Positions 12,015-24,700 of a stretch of 64,000 nucleotides of DNA are shown here, piece after piece; the stretch's first letter is position 1; each line of letters begins with the position of its first letter. Origin of the DNA: Utricularia gibba (lineage: Eukaryota > Plantae > Magnoliophyta); assembly GCA_002189035.1 (NCBI GenBank), contig NEEC01000008.1:1798001-1862000 (forward strand). Reading direction: 5' to 3'. A program made the translations under genes and the position numbers. The notes beneath the pieces are model-generated. The model was not told the origin of the DNA. It saw only the letters and a program-made list of their open reading frames with translations, and did no database searches.

Positions 12015-14057
12015 GTTCTTTCTCTTCAGTGAAGAAATACTCAGATCTATCGAAGTAGAGTGAATCCCAGGACCATTATAACAAAAAAAAAAAGAGCACA
12101 TGAACAGAAATTTGTGCGTCGTGTCAGTTTACAATCCAATCACTAAAAAGGTGTTCATTCGAATCAAGATCTCCCCTCAAAGAAAGCAATTATATCAACC
12201 ATTCCTCAATCTAAGAGAGAGGGAGTGAAATTCAAGAATGGAAATTGAGCGAACCCTGACGCAAACCACAATAACTCATAATCTTTGCGAAATCCCACCA
12301 ACCCTTGAAGAGATCACCTCATTTCAAACCCATTTTCACGAAATTGCAAACTATAAACTGAGAAAAAGAAGCGAACCTGAAGTGACTGCCGAGAACAAAG
12401 CTTATGAAAGTGCCTAGTCTGTGGGCAGGGGGAAACCTGAATGACATGAAATAATCAAGTCGCGGTCAGGGTGGCTGAGGGTGGCCATGCTTCCTCCATA
12501 ATATAAAAATAAATACAAAGGGGGTGACGAGGCTTGATGCAGACCTCCATCGATCATATAATCAAACCTCGCACCTGGCAACAGAATTAAATACAACAAA
12601 CATGTCTCAATTGTTTTGAATCCGCCAACACACTACTGGCGTGAGAACAAAGAACTGGAGTCTGGGTTAATTGAAAGATTGCATTTTTTCAAACCCAGAT
12701 TCAGTTCTGGTTGCAATTGCACGTGGGTGAATATCAAGATCTCCTTTTTTCTAGACTTTTGTATGATCCTCCCTTTTAACATCCAAAAAAAAGGTAGACC
12801 AAGAGCAACAGATGGCTGTAGGCACGAGGCTCGATTGAGGCATCTTCTCGTCGACTTTCATGTCAAAAGGCTGAAAAGTATCCGTCAACAGTGATAAGGG
12901 GTAAGGCTCCCCACATCTGCTCATACACCTACAGAGGTAATCAACCTTCTTCTCAGAGTGACAAAAGTAGGAACGAGTTTTGCACTACAATATGAGTTTA
13001 AGAAGTCAAGTAATGGTTCAGTTAGATATGTTGGAGTATACTTTATATGCAGTCAAAGCTATCACTGTAAATCCAATCTTGAAGGATGACAAGATGGAAT
13101 CTACCGACTATGAATACACTACCAAGTATGCTGACAAGAAGAGCATGCCTCGCCTTGTTGGGTGCCATGCCCTTCTCGGATCCCAAGTTCTTGAGTGTCG
13201 AGAACTAATCGAAGTTGATTTGGAGATTCCATTTTTTTAAGGATGATTGAATAATGAGTCATATCATCCAAATATATAATAATCATATATTATATTAGAA
13301 AATATTAAACTCAATTAATTATTAATGATTCATAATCTTTTATATTTCGTGATTATTTTATTTTCAAATTCCAATATAGTATTATTTATTCTAGTACCTG
13401 ACCTCAAATTAAATTGATCTTTGATCCAGTTAATATTTTGTTTTTTTATGTGTGGTTGTAGATAATGATTATATTATAATTTGATCTGAATTTTTAAACA
13501 TTACACTATGGCTACAAGGGTTAGGAATCCAACAAGAATATGACAATGGTGGACTTGCAATCTATTGAGGTTCCCAAATGTGATCTAATAATTTCCCAGA
13601 AACAAGGTTAAGTATTATGAGGTTTAGAAAAAAGGATTTGAGTGGATACATAATATTTTAAAGATTAAATATATTCGATATATCAAACAATAGAAGTCAA
13701 TTATGTCAATGGAAAGTGTATACAAATTTTTTTTTCAAATAATAGCGACTAAGTTTGCATGTTATGATAAACATTATGGTTGACCAAAAAATTATGATTG
13801 GAATTAGGGACTTTTGTGCGTTAAAGCCTATAATTAATTTAACGGCAGTGGAGTGCACTAAGTTTGCGTATTCCAGATATTTCGTCGGCCGTCTCATCCT
13901 CTCTCGTTATCGCCATTGGAGATCCCACGTACCGTACAACTGTGCGTGTTTCTTCTTCTCCCAGATTTCTCATAGCGCCTCTGCTTCCTTACCGCAAGTG
14001 CCAAGGTATCATCTGCTGCGCGTTGCTGTGGGAGGTAACGGAAAATCAGGTCAAATT

Positions 14058-15209
14058 ATGGGTTCGATTAGACCAGATCTGGGATTCAGAGTGCACCCAG
14101 TACCTGTTGACCATCTCGATCGGCTTCCTGACTCCCTGATAATTTTGATTTTCAACAAAATTGGGGATGTCAAGTTTTTGGGCAGATGCTGTGTAGTGTC
14201 GAAGAGATTCCAGTCTCTCGTCCCGCAGGTGGACAACGTTGTAGTCCGGGTCGATTGCGTCATCTCCGATGATGAACCCACATCTTCGTCTTCCGCAGCT
14301 TCGGCAACTGGGATCCACAAGTCCCGTCACCCGATGTCTTCCCTTTTTCGGATCTTCTTTTCTGGGATCTTTAAACCCTTGCAATCCATCTCTCAGCTTA
14401 TTGCCCCTTCGCACCGTCGTCTGGCTCTCTCTGAAGATTTAGATTGTGAAGCCGAGCAAAACAACGTCACCCACCACTCCCCTACGCAGGTCTTGAAAAA
14501 CTTTCATGAGATCAAAGTTCTGAGGATCGAACTTCCTGGAGGGGAATTGGGGGTTGATGATGGGGTTCTGTTGAAATGGAAGGCTAATTTTGGCTCCACC
14601 CTCGATAATTGTGCTATTCTTGGTGCTTCCAGCATTGTTCATAACGCTGATAAGGACCACGATTACCGGTCTACCGCTGTTGCTGATGATGCCAACAATG
14701 CTGCTGCTGCTATGGGAGAGAATGATAATGGAAGTATACCAGAGTCTTTTTACACCAATGGCGGCCTGAAGTTGCGGGTTGTATGGACGATTAGTTCTTT
14801 AATAGCAGCATCAGGGAGGCATTACCTGCTGCAACCTATAATAGCAGAGCATAAGACATTGGAAAGTTTAGTTTTGACTGATGCGGATGGACAAGGAGTG
14901 TTATCCATGAACAGAGAGCAGTTGGACGAGCTCCGAGCCAAGCCTTTATCCGCATCATCCGCATCCAAGAGAACCCTCATTCCTGCTCTGAACATGAGGT
15001 TGTGGTATGCGCCTCATTTGGAATTGCCTAACGGCATGATTTTGAAAGGAGCAACTTTGGTTGCAATCAGGCCGAGTGAGCAGTGTAAGAAGGAGTCGGT
15101 GGGTGCAGAAATCAGTTGGGTTGCATCTGCCTTTGAGGAGCCATTCGAAACCGCTGCTCGAATGTTGGTGAAGAGAAGGACTTATTGCCTGGAGATGAAC
15201 TCTTTCTGA
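14058..15209 (+). CDS. F-box protein of the At5g46170/At1g30200/AUF1-like family, single exon, 383 aa
   Basis: F-box DHLDRLPDSLIILIFNKIGDVKFLGRCCVVSKRF; family motifs THHSPTQVLKNF, ESFYTNGGLKLRVVWTISSLIAAS and C-terminal RRTYCLEMNSF. Start placed at ATG 14058. Confidence 0.9.
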   Translation: MGSIRPDLGFRVHPVPVDHLDRLPDSLIILIFNKIGDVKFLGRCCVVSKRFQSLVPQVDNVVVRVDCVISDDEPTSSSSAASATGIHKSRHPMSSLFRIFFSGIFKPLQSISQLIAPSHRRLALSEDLDCEAEQNNVTHHSPTQVLKNFHEIKVLRIELPGGELGVDDGVLLKWKANFGSTLDNCAILGASSIVHNADKDHDYRSTAVADDANNAAAAMGENDNGSIPESFYTNGGLKLRVVWTISSLIAASGRHYLLQPIIAEHKTLESLVLTDADGQGVLSMNREQLDELRAKPLSASSASKRTLIPALNMRLWYAPHLELPNGMILKGATLVAIRPSEQCKKESVGAEISWVASAFEEPFETAARMLVKRRTYCLEMNSF

Positions 15210-16421
15210 AGGCGGGTTTGTGGAAATCCAGGTTCATCCTATAATCTGGGCTTATTGCATCTCCAGACTTGTCACCATAATTACATTGCTCCATTTCATC
15301 CTCGAAACAATTTTACTTAATTGAAATTGTTATAAATTTAGATCATGGCTTATGCTTTCCCCATCATGGCTAGCTGCGGTTGTATCCCATTGCATGCTAT
15401 TTCGGTAGATTTTTACTCTGCTTCCGCACCCATGCCTAGTGCCTATTGTATATCCTGCAGGCGTAGTTGTCGTTGGAGAGTGCTTCATCTGATGGCAGGA
15501 CTGCCTGTTTGAAACTATATCTGCAGTAGGACTTCAAGAATTCAGCATTTTTCTTCTCCAGTAGCTGAAAAGCATTGTTGGTACACATATATTATGACCC
15601 CCTATTACATTATTGTGCAGAGCTTGACCTTACAAGTTGGAAAGCATCGAAGATGGGGAGAACGCATGCAAAGGAGGGAACCAAAGAGGGAAAAAAAAAT
15701 ACAGGATTGTGGTTGATTATGAACAAAGCATGTACCTTCTGCAGGTGCAGGGTGGTATATTACTAGTTGCCCAAGCTTCTGTAATGTGATTCAGTTCAAC
15801 TTTAAGCTCTTACTAACTGAAAATTTGGAATCTGACATGGGAAACATGCGTAACTTTCTCCCCATCTTAATCTTGCTTTAGTTTTATTTGATATCAATTT
15901 TGCTGGTCGAGGGGAGTCTCTGAAACAAGTGAAGAAAACCATGGGATGCTTTGTGAAGCAGAAAGAGTGAATTTTATGGTAGAGAAATGAAAACAGAGGA
16001 TGGCGCTCTTGAGTTCAGATGAAAACACAGGCAAACAGGTAATGGTAGTACACAGTCCCCGATGCTTCTGAAAATGGATCTCTGCTCGGCCACCGAGCTC
16101 AAGATTTTACCTGCACCAACATTACCAGCATCAATGCTAAAAAAAGGCATACCAGTGAGTTGAATGCAGTAAGAGAGAGGGAGGTAGTTGAATGGGAACC
16201 GTACGAGGAGAGAAGCCAGGTGTTCAGTACACAGGAAAAGGATTCATTACAGAACACTCTTTTTCTTTCAGGAAAAAAAGGAAAAGCCTTACATGCGGGA
16301 ACTAGACGGATGAATGGGTATGACAAGAAACGTAGGGAGGTCATGAGAAAAGGAACTAAGAAAGGAAGGTTTTTTATAGTTACCGCAACGAGGAAACGGC
16401 TTCAACACCTTTGGAAAGATT

Positions 16422-17483
16422 TCAGTTCTTTCCTCTTTCATTGCCGCAGCAGAGTTGCTGGCGGCCTTCATATCCAGTTAACAACTGGTGGTTCTGGTCG
16501 TTGGTGCGGATAAAGAAGCTCGGCGGATATCCATCGGGAAACCTCTGCATGTGGAGTAAAAGTGACAGTGAAGAAGAAGAATTGGACTGAAGGGTCCCCC
16601 TGCTTAAGCCAGCAAAGCCAGAGGAATATGAGAGTGAAAAGCTCTCGCCAATATTATACTCATGGCTTCCGCCGTTCATGTTGTCGACCAAGTTATCTGG
16701 GGAAAAGGAGAACTGCCGCAGTTCTGATTGGTGGTGCTCCGCCGCTGCCGGCACAGCGAACCCCGGAAAATGATTCGCTGTCAGCGGTATTTGGCCGGCG
16801 TGAGCAGTGGCCTGAGATAAAAGCCCAGAAGAGTAGTATTCCATTGGTGTAGGGGATGGCCACTGCTTCGGAGATTTCATGATAAAACAAGAGTCATTTG
16901 TTGCACCACTGCCGCCGTTGCGTGTTGGGATCCCCGCGTTCAGAAGCTCGGTGAAGGAAGTGGTTTGAGAAATAGGGTTCAAAGGAGTTTTCAAGAAACT
17001 GTCTTCCTTCCTCTCTGCAGCTCCTTCCCGAGCTTTTGCTGATTCAGCTTCCGGTGACTCATATCCAAGCTGATCGCCTCCGCCGCCATGTGACCCCTTC
17101 TCGTCACTCACCTGCTTCCGAGTATCAGGGAAAATAATGCTCATCGGCGGCAGCTCGTTGATTGAACTCTCCGCCGCCTTCAGCAACCACTCAACGGCTT
17201 TGCTAGGCTGGTCGTACCCTAAACGATCCTGCAAGTCGTAGAATTGAATCGCAGTGTTTACTGACAGCCGTACCCGGCGATCTCTCAGCCCCTTGGATGT
17301 CAAAACTTTGCTGTGTCTATCTTTACTCCCACACGCTCGAGAAACCCTCACGATCCTCGACGACGGACAGCCGTAAAATCTACCCATCGCCGCCGTGAAA
17401 TCCTCTCCGCCGCCTTTATCTGCGCCTCTTTCGTTCCCTCCTCCCTCCTCATTATGGTACTGATCCAGCGTCGTTTGATGCAT
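16422..17483 (-). CDS. TCP2: Class II (CIN-type) TCP transcription factor, TCP2/TCP24-like, single coding exon
   Basis: [66 protein letters not shown] domain, a degenerate R domain ([11 protein letters not shown]) and RGTLQSN motif. First ATG at 17483. Confidence 0.92.
   Translation of the reverse strand: MHQTTLDQYHNEEGGGNERGADKGGGEDFTAAMGRFYGCPSSRIVRVSRACGSKDRHSKVLTSKGLRDRRVRLSVNTAIQFYDLQDRLGYDQPSKAVEWLLKAAESSINELPPMSIIFPDTRKQVSDEKGSHGGGGDQLGYESPEAESAKAREGAAERKEDSFLKTPLNPISQTTSFTELLNAGIPTRNGGSGATNDSCFIMKSPKQWPSPTPMEYYSSGLLSQATAHAGQIPLTANHFPGFAVPAAAEHHQSELRQFSFSPDNLVDNMNGGSHEYNIGESFSLSYSSGFAGLSRGTLQSNSSSSLSLLLHMQRFPDGYPPSFFIRTNDQNHQLLTGYEGRQQLCCGNERGKN
16582..16601 (-). promoter_or_regulatory. 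miR319 target site in the TCP mRNA
   Basis: mRNA reads AGGGGGACCCTTCAGTCCAA (plus strand ttggactgaagggtccccct), the canonical site complementary to miR319 UUGGACUGAAGGGAGCUCCC. Confidence 0.93.
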
Positions 17484-18382
17484 CACCCCTGCTTCAAAAA
17501 CTCCAACCTTCAATACTCCCGCGCCATTGTTGCGTCTCGAAAACAAAAAAAAACCCAAATCAAATCCTCAGACCAATACCCGAAACCTAATTCCTGTCAG
17601 CTTCTATGAAATGGCGAAATCAGGGTTCTTGTGAGAGAGAAGAAAAACGAGTGCAGGGAGCAAGAGGATTCCGTGACCGTTCTTGGACATTGATGGTGAT
17701 CGGAGGGGGCTGCTTTTTCAGAGACATATAGATACAAAACAGCTTCTCACTCTCTTCCCCTCTTCTCTACTCCATTACCGTACATCACTAACAGAAACAC
17801 GTCGTTCAACAATGTCAGAACAACAGAACCGCGGGTTAGAAGCTTTTTACAGCGGCTGGTTTCTGACGAAGAAACTCTCAACTGTGGTTCTACCACTTGC
17901 TGAGTCTTCAGGCTGCCTCCTCCAATGTCGCAGTTCTGCAAAACCCAGATCACAAAATCATCAAAAAAAAAAAAACGAAATCATTCATCGAAAACCAAAG
18001 ACATGAATTAAAGCCCACATCAGGCATGGGTGTGAGATTCAGTCCACATACAGAAAACAAGTGAAACGGCTCCAGGAGGAACAACAACGACAACGAAAGT
18101 AAAAAAACAGAGGCTCTTTCTTTCTTTCTCTTCCCATAATTCAATGATGAGAACTTCTATCGAAGGTTCGTGCTTTCTGATCTCACATCGCACCTGCAAA
18201 GTCTATTAGACGAAAGCGACTTGTGGTGGAGAGACAGAGGAGAGAAAAGATGGAGGAAAGACGTTCGTCCCTTCCCCATTCCCCTGCTCCTCGAGCACGG
18301 TTTCAGTGGAGAATCCCATTATTTTAATTTAAATTTAAATAATTTTAAAATTTAATTTAAGGATATTTAAATAATATACATT

Positions 18383-18499
18383 TGGGCTAAAAGCCCACAC
18401 ACGCTGCCCTACAAAAGAATCTTTAATTTTGTAATTTATGAAATATATATAAACTCGATTCCTTGATTCTCCCTCATCTTCCTCTGCAGTGTTAGGGTT
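18383..18499 (+). promoter_or_regulatory. Site II elements plus near telo-box upstream of the PAK1IP1-like gene
   Basis: TGGGCT 18383-18388, AGCCCA 18392-18397 and TTAGGGTT 18492-18499; this combination is typical of plant ribosome-biogenesis gene promoters. Confidence 0.55.
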
Positions 18500-18508
18500 C
18501 GCGGGAGG

Positions 18509-19816
18509 ATGAGTCTGGTGGCCGGATCGTATGAGCGCTTCATCTGGGGCTACAGGCTGAAATCTAGCAAGTCATCCGGTGCTGTTAACTTGATTCCGCT
18601 GTTTTCTTTCCCTTCACATCTTTCATCCATTAAAACCGTCGCCGTTCATGGAACCGCCGCCGCTTCCGGTGGAAACGATGATACCATCAAAATCTATGAC
18701 CTCTCCTCTTCCGCGGAAATTGGCTCTTTCCACCTTTCCTCTTCCGTCACTGCTCTTTCCTTCTTCTCCCCTCCTTCCCTCTCTTCCTTCCCTCGCAACC
18801 TCCTGGCTGGCGACGCCGATGGTTCGGTCTCCATTTATGATGCTGACCCATTCGTGCATCTGAAAACCATTAAAATCCACAAAAAGGCGGTCAATGGTCT
18901 TACAATTCATCCCTCGGGGAAGCTGGCATTGACAGTGGGGCACGATGAATGCTTTGCTATGATCAACTTGGTTCGGGGAGGAGGAGCTTCTTCTGCAAGC
19001 TGGGTAAAGAGGCGTCAATCGTGCAATTTTTTGCATCGGGGGACAAATTCTTCATGGTGGTGGATGACAAAGTGAGTGTTCATGAATCCGAGGATGCAAG
19101 AATCGAGTTAGAGATGGGCAACACGAAGAGGGTTCTGTGTGCTGCCCCTGGTGCTGTACGTGTTCATTGTCTTGAAGCTCTTTTCGCATCAGATTACCCT
19201 TCTTCACAATTCGTATTTACTATTGCAGAATGGGGTTCTGTTTGCTGGAGGGGAAGATAGAACGATTACTGCCTGGGATACATCGTGCGGGAAAGTTGTA
19301 CACAGCATTCGGGAAGCTCATGCAGCTCGTGTGAAGGGCATTGTTGTTCTAAATCGGAAAAACAACGAACGGGGAGAAGACAATCCTCATACCATTGCCT
19401 CTGCTTCATCCGATGGAGTGATCCGCATTTGGGATATCCGGATGATTGATAGCAGCAATCCAACTCCGGTGGCGGAGACCAACACCAAATCTAGGCTTAC
19501 ATGCCTTTCGGGATCAGCATCCATCAACCGTGAGTTTGCTTTACGCCCATCCTTCATCTTATTGTAAAGGCTATATTTTTATTCCGTGGTAGGTAAAGTT
19601 GAAAACTTTGTTAAATTTTATTCTTAAGAGAGTGATATATGTGGAAAACTCCATCAGAAAGTACTGCAATCCTCCATCTATCTGGTAGATGAGGGTGGTT
19701 ATAGATGCTTTTTTTTAATGCGCTTCTCAATTGCTATTCTTCATCTGAATTTGTCAGCATTGAAGCGGCCGAGGGTGGAATTGGCGCAGCCGGGAATCGA
19801 GGGTGTTGATGAATAA
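18509..19816 (+). CDS. PAK1IP1: WD40 protein, PAK1IP1/Mak11-like (60S biogenesis), 3 exons (18509-~19155, 19229-19529, 19758-19816); -1 frameshift at 18975-18978 in this sequence
   Basis: MSLVAGSYERFIWGY N-terminus, AASGGNDDTIKIYDL, HPSGKLALTV, then GRRSFFCKLGKEASIV in the shifted frame, FAGGEDRTITAWD, SSDGVIRIWDIR, ETNTKSRLTCL. Confidence 0.88.
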
Positions 19817-20287
19817 CCTGATGCTGAGGCATTGACGCCAAAAGGGGATACCCGTATTATTGGCTGCTTGGTGTCCCATACAAGGAAATTTTTTACCCTC
19901 ATTGTTGCCTGTGGTGAGCATCCCCAGGTACGCCCACCCCGTTTATGCGAAGATTTGCTTTGTATATCATGTCATAGGGTGGTGAGCACAACTGTTATCT
20001 AGCTTCAGGATTCAACTGAACTCGCCGAATGGTTTCTGTGTTTTATGCTTGTTTATTCGTGGCCTAGTTGCTGCAGAAAAAAGAGCGTTCAATATCATGT
20101 AGACGACTTGGTTCAGCCCCATAGCAGTGAACATTCTTTAGTTCTTTGATATCTGCAAGGTTTTTGCAACCAAAGGGGTTGTTGTCATTCATCCCAGTAA
20201 AGGTCTAAACAGCAAGAACTTTCATTAGATTTACAATGTGTGAAAATGAAACCATGCCGCCACTCAAGGTACTCAGACAATTCAAAT

Positions 20288-21340
20288 TCATACTCTGAGA
20301 ATCTGCAACTTGTTCGAGAAAGCAATAGCAACCCAATCGGGCTGGGAAGAAGACCATTGCAGCTGCTCAATCTCAGCACCAGCAGTATACGCAAGAATTG
20401 GATCCAAACCTCCCTCCACCGGTTGCCCCATTGATGAAAGATCCCAAATGAGAGCCTGTGAATCATCCCCAGCAGTGCAAATATGACAAGAACTATGGGG
20501 AGCCCAGGCAACGGCGTTCACCCCTGCTTGATGCCGCTGCAACTCGACCACAGGCAAAGTTGGAAAGCGTATATCCAGCACCACAACCTTGCTGCTGTCC
20601 ATGATGATGGTAGCCATGTATCTGGGATCCTGTTTGTTCCACCCAAGCCTCACCAACGGCGTATCAGGTTCTGAGCTTTCGTATATGATCGTTGAATGCT
20701 CCTTATCTCTGAGATCAAAAACCCTGACTGAACCATCCGCTGAAACGGAGGCGAAAACCCCAACACCTCCCCAGGCAACATCATAAACCTCCTTATCGTG
20801 CGCTATCAACTGCGTGTCCACTACTTCCTTCTCGATGTCCCAAATGGTACAAGTTGTATCAATGCTGGAGGTCCCAATCCTCCTAGGCTCAGCTTCATTC
20901 CAATCAAACGAAGTTAACGGCCCAGAATACTCGCTAGTACGATTATTATTCAACAAGCTCTTCAACTCCACGCGGCGCCCATTGGCGCTATCGCCATCGG
21001 AGATTTGCCAGAGGCGGAGGAAATCGGAGGAAGAGGCGAGCAAGTCAGGCCTCTGGGATTCCTTATCCGGGACGAAGACGAGTTTCGTGGGGGGATAGGG
21101 GTGGTCGAACGAGAGTGCGGGATCGGAGCGGATTTCGCCGGTGGAATCGTCTAGCTGCACTATTTCCACTCGATTGGCGTACTGCTCGAGAAGACTAGCG
21201 ATGGCTAGACGGTAATTCTTGTCCTTGCGCACGCTCCAATTCATGGCATAGACGTGCCATGGAGCTTCGTAGGTGTAGATCTCAGAGCGCCGGTGCTGCT
21301 CGTCGGAGGCCTCCTGATTCAGGCCGCTGCTGGTGCCCAT
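20288..21340 (-). CDS. LWD1: LIGHT-REGULATED WD 1-like / AN11-TTG1 / DCAF7 family WD40 protein, single exon, 350 aa
   Basis: [66 protein letters not shown] and C-terminal [11 protein letters not shown] match LWD1/2 rather than TTG1. Confidence 0.93.
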   Translation of the reverse strand: MGTSSGLNQEASDEQHRRSEIYTYEAPWHVYAMNWSVRKDKNYRLAIASLLEQYANRVEIVQLDDSTGEIRSDPALSFDHPYPPTKLVFVPDKESQRPDLLASSSDFLRLWQISDGDSANGRRVELKSLLNNNRTSEYSGPLTSFDWNEAEPRRIGTSSIDTTCTIWDIEKEVVDTQLIAHDKEVYDVAWGGVGVFASVSADGSVRVFDLRDKEHSTIIYESSEPDTPLVRLGWNKQDPRYMATIIMDSSKVVVLDIRFPTLPVVELQRHQAGVNAVAWAPHSSCHICTAGDDSQALIWDLSSMGQPVEGGLDPILAYTAGAEIEQLQWSSSQPDWVAIAFSNKLQILRV

Positions 21341-21505
21341 ACGGTTGCCCTAAGTTCCTTCCCAACTTTCGGGGAAAACGACGTCGCTCCTTGCAACACC
21401 TGTAGCGGCGAAAATCCATTTGAAGGCACCAGCATCCAGAGAGAGAGATTAAATCTAAAAAGTAATTTTATTGAAAAACATATTTAATAATAACAATGTC
21501 AACAT

Positions 21506-21569
21506 GGCCCATAAAAGAAGTCTGTAAAGAGTAGGCTTTCATTATTGGGCCTATAGCTAAAGAAGCCCA
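21506..21569. promoter_or_regulatory. Three site II (TCP-binding type) motifs in the 445-bp LWD1/DDB1 divergent promoter
   Basis: GGCCCA 21506-21511, TGGGCC 21546-21551, AGCCCA 21564-21569. Confidence 0.55.
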
Positions 21570-21785
21570 ATCCAACTTGTGCCATCAAAACGGTGTCGTT
21601 CGCCGTCGACGAGCTCGTCTACATCTTGAAGTGCAGAGGGCACCCGGGTACGCGATATCGCCCAGCAACTTCCAACAGGCCAGTCAAGTGTGCAGTCTTG
21701 TCGTCTTCTTCCATCAAGAAACTGTTTAAAGCCGATAGATTCAGTGCTCTGGAGACTGTGAAAGAAAACCCATTATTATGCGAAG

Positions 21786-24700
21786 ATGAGCATTTGGAAT
21801 TACGTAGTGACGGCGCACAAGCCCACCAATGTTACACATTCTTGTGTTGGGAACTTTACCGGCCCCCAGGAGCTCAATCTCATTGTCGTGTGAGTATCAA
21901 CCTGTTGCGACTGTCTTTATAGGGATTTGATGTTGCGTTGCTGCTGTTATCCATCCAGAATGTTCTGTTATCTTTTTTGGTTTTCGTTTTTAACCAAGAA
22001 AACAATTATTTGTATCATGATGATTAGTAAATTGCAGGAGTGTGCGCTATTGAATTTCCTTGCAGTCTGCATCATTTTTTTATGCTCTGAGTTCCAATTG
22101 GCTTGTAAAAAATGAACGTGAATGCAAATAAGCGTACTCTTTATTATCTTCGTTTTGTAACTGCTTCCGCAAGTTTGTATAATCTTTGATATATGTTGTA
22201 GAAAATGCACGCGAATAGAGATACATTTGCTCTCTCCTCACGGTCTGCAGGTAAAGATTCACATTGCGCCCTAGAAAGTGATTGCGAGAGTGGTTTGTGA
22301 TACATCGGTCTTACTTGTATTCATCTGTGTTCAAGCAGGCCACATTCTTTTTCTCGTTATTTTTTATGCATACTTATATATTTAGGAATTTTTTATATCT
22401 CAAACACATTGTTTTTAGTTGCTTTGTATAGTTCGTCAGAAAAGTATTTAATGGAAGTGGTAGATTTGTTTGAAATTATTTTCTTTATTTGTAATTTTGT
22501 GGCAGCCAATGTTGGACGTTCCAATATATGGGAGAATTGCCACAGTCGAACTTTTTAGGCCACATGTGAGTATACAAATTTGATTGCTTATTGTGCTTAA
22601 AAAGAAAACATGGTATGTTTTTACTTTTTTGGTATGTCTTGCAGGGAGAAGCTCAAGATCTTCTATTCATTGCTACAGAAAGATACAAATTCTGTGTCCT
22701 ACAATGGGATTCTGAGAATTCTGAACTTATTACAAGGTGAGAATCCAATTTTACTAAATTTGGGCGGATGGTAGATTAAAAGATAAAAAACTGGTTTTTG
22801 CTCTGTTTTCAAGCTAGTGTCACAGACAGAACATTTTACTGATGATATCTGTGGCTGCATATCCCTCTTCTACTGTTGAACGAGGATTTTTCTTTTTTTC
22901 CTTGTGTCGCACATTGAAAATAGGGCAATGGGTGATGTTTCAGATAGAATTGGCCGCCCAACAGACAATGGACAGGTGGTTATTACATTAAATATATATG
23001 TCAAAGTTTTTCACCCTTTTGTTTTCCCATTTGGCTCGGTGTGTGATGTTGGTTCGTCTTGTAGATTGGCATCATTGATCCAGATTGCAGGTTGATTGGA
23101 CTTCATCTGTATGATGGACTGTTTAAGGTATTGTAGGTTGTTATACAAATAGTCACAATTTTTGCAATATATTGTTAGTTCAATGTATTTTTGATTGTCT
23201 GTTCTAGGTCATTCCGTTTGACAACAAAGGTCAGCTAAAAGAGGCATTCAACATTAGGTAATTTTGTTCTCATTATATTATGCCTTGTTAATTGTTTTTG
23301 TTCTTGTTACATTTCTTTTTCTTGTTTTTGTGGAACTAGGCTTGAGGAGCTTCAAGTTTTAGATATCAAGTTTCTGCACGGCTGTCAGCGGCCAACAATT
23401 GTTGTACTTTACCAGGTTTAGAATTTGATGTCAAACATAATTAGTTGTTTAGTTGGCTTGCTATCCTCTATTAGTTGTTTTAGATTGTTCAATGGACTTT
23501 ATGAGATGAAACTTTCATGCTTTGGTTTTAGATATTTAGTAAGGCCGGTCTGCACCCTAACTGCCACGTTTTTGCATGCTGAATTGCATTCCAATTCCAA
23601 TCATGTATTTCTGTCAATTAATCACTTCAATTTGCAGGATAACAAAGATGCTAGGCATGTGAAAACATATGAAATTGTTCTCAAAGAAAAAGATTTTGTT
23701 GAGGGACCATGGTCCCAACCAAATCTTGATAATGGGGCAGAGTTGTTAATCCCAGTACCACCTCCTCTTTGTGGCGTGATAATTATTGGCGAGGAAACAA
23801 TTGTGTACTGCAGTGCATCTGGATTCAAAGCACTTCCCATTAAACCTGTAGGTCATCTGCAATTCCATGCAATGCTATTCACTCGTTTATCTAATTCTTT
23901 GACCATGTTTTGTATGTCAAGTCTATTACTAGAGCTTATGGGAGAATTGATGCTGATGGTTCACGTTATTTGCTTGGGACCATACAGGACTTCTTCACCT
24001 CTTAGTGATAACTCATGAGAGGGACAAGTATGTGTAATCTTTCAAGTAGTATGAGACATAAGCTTGTGAGTATTTTTTTAAAAAAATTTTCATCACATGA
24101 TTTAACAGAGTGACAGGACTCAAAATTGAGCTCTTAGGGGAAACTTCTGTGGCATCCTCAATATCATATCTCGACAATGCTGTTGTATTTATTGGGTCGA
24201 GCTATGGAGATTCACAGGTATGTACACTATGTTTCTTGAATCCAACTCTTAGTTTTTGTAAAGAATTTTAATTTTCGTGTTTCCACCTGTAGTATTGCTG
24301 AGTTTTAATTATTCTTGGAAAAACATAGAACTTCTTTATGTGTCTCACAAATACATATTTGAAATGAGACTGAAGCTTTTGATTAAACTGTTAATTTACT
24401 GTCCTTCTCATTGCACTCCATCGGGGATTCATATTTTTGATTTATTATCCAGCTTATAAAGATCAATCTTCAATCCGATCCCAAAGGTTCTTATGTGGAG
24501 GTTCTTGAGAGGTATGTGAATCTGGGCCCAATAGTTGACTTTTGTGTTGTTGACTTGGAGAGACAAGGTCAAGGTCAAGTTGTTACATGTTCTGGAGCCT
24601 ATAAAGATGGGTCTTTGCGGATTGTGCGTAATGGAATTGGAATAAATGAACAGGTGTGATATCATGCACTTTTGTCGGTTGTGTTTTTCATTATATCTTA

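Noticed and set aside
12400-13250. Possible Mutator-like transposase remnants (KGRPR, RLRHLLVDF, QYEFKKSS fragments)
   Set aside because: Matches are only a few residues in different frames; not supportable without a search.
13755-14057. 100-codon in-frame extension upstream of the F-box ATG
   Set aside because: Starts in AT-rich promoter-like DNA with no family similarity; probably not transcribed as coding sequence.
17484-17558. Upstream in-frame extension of the TCP ORF
   Set aside because: Begins at a non-ATG codon and has no conserved features.
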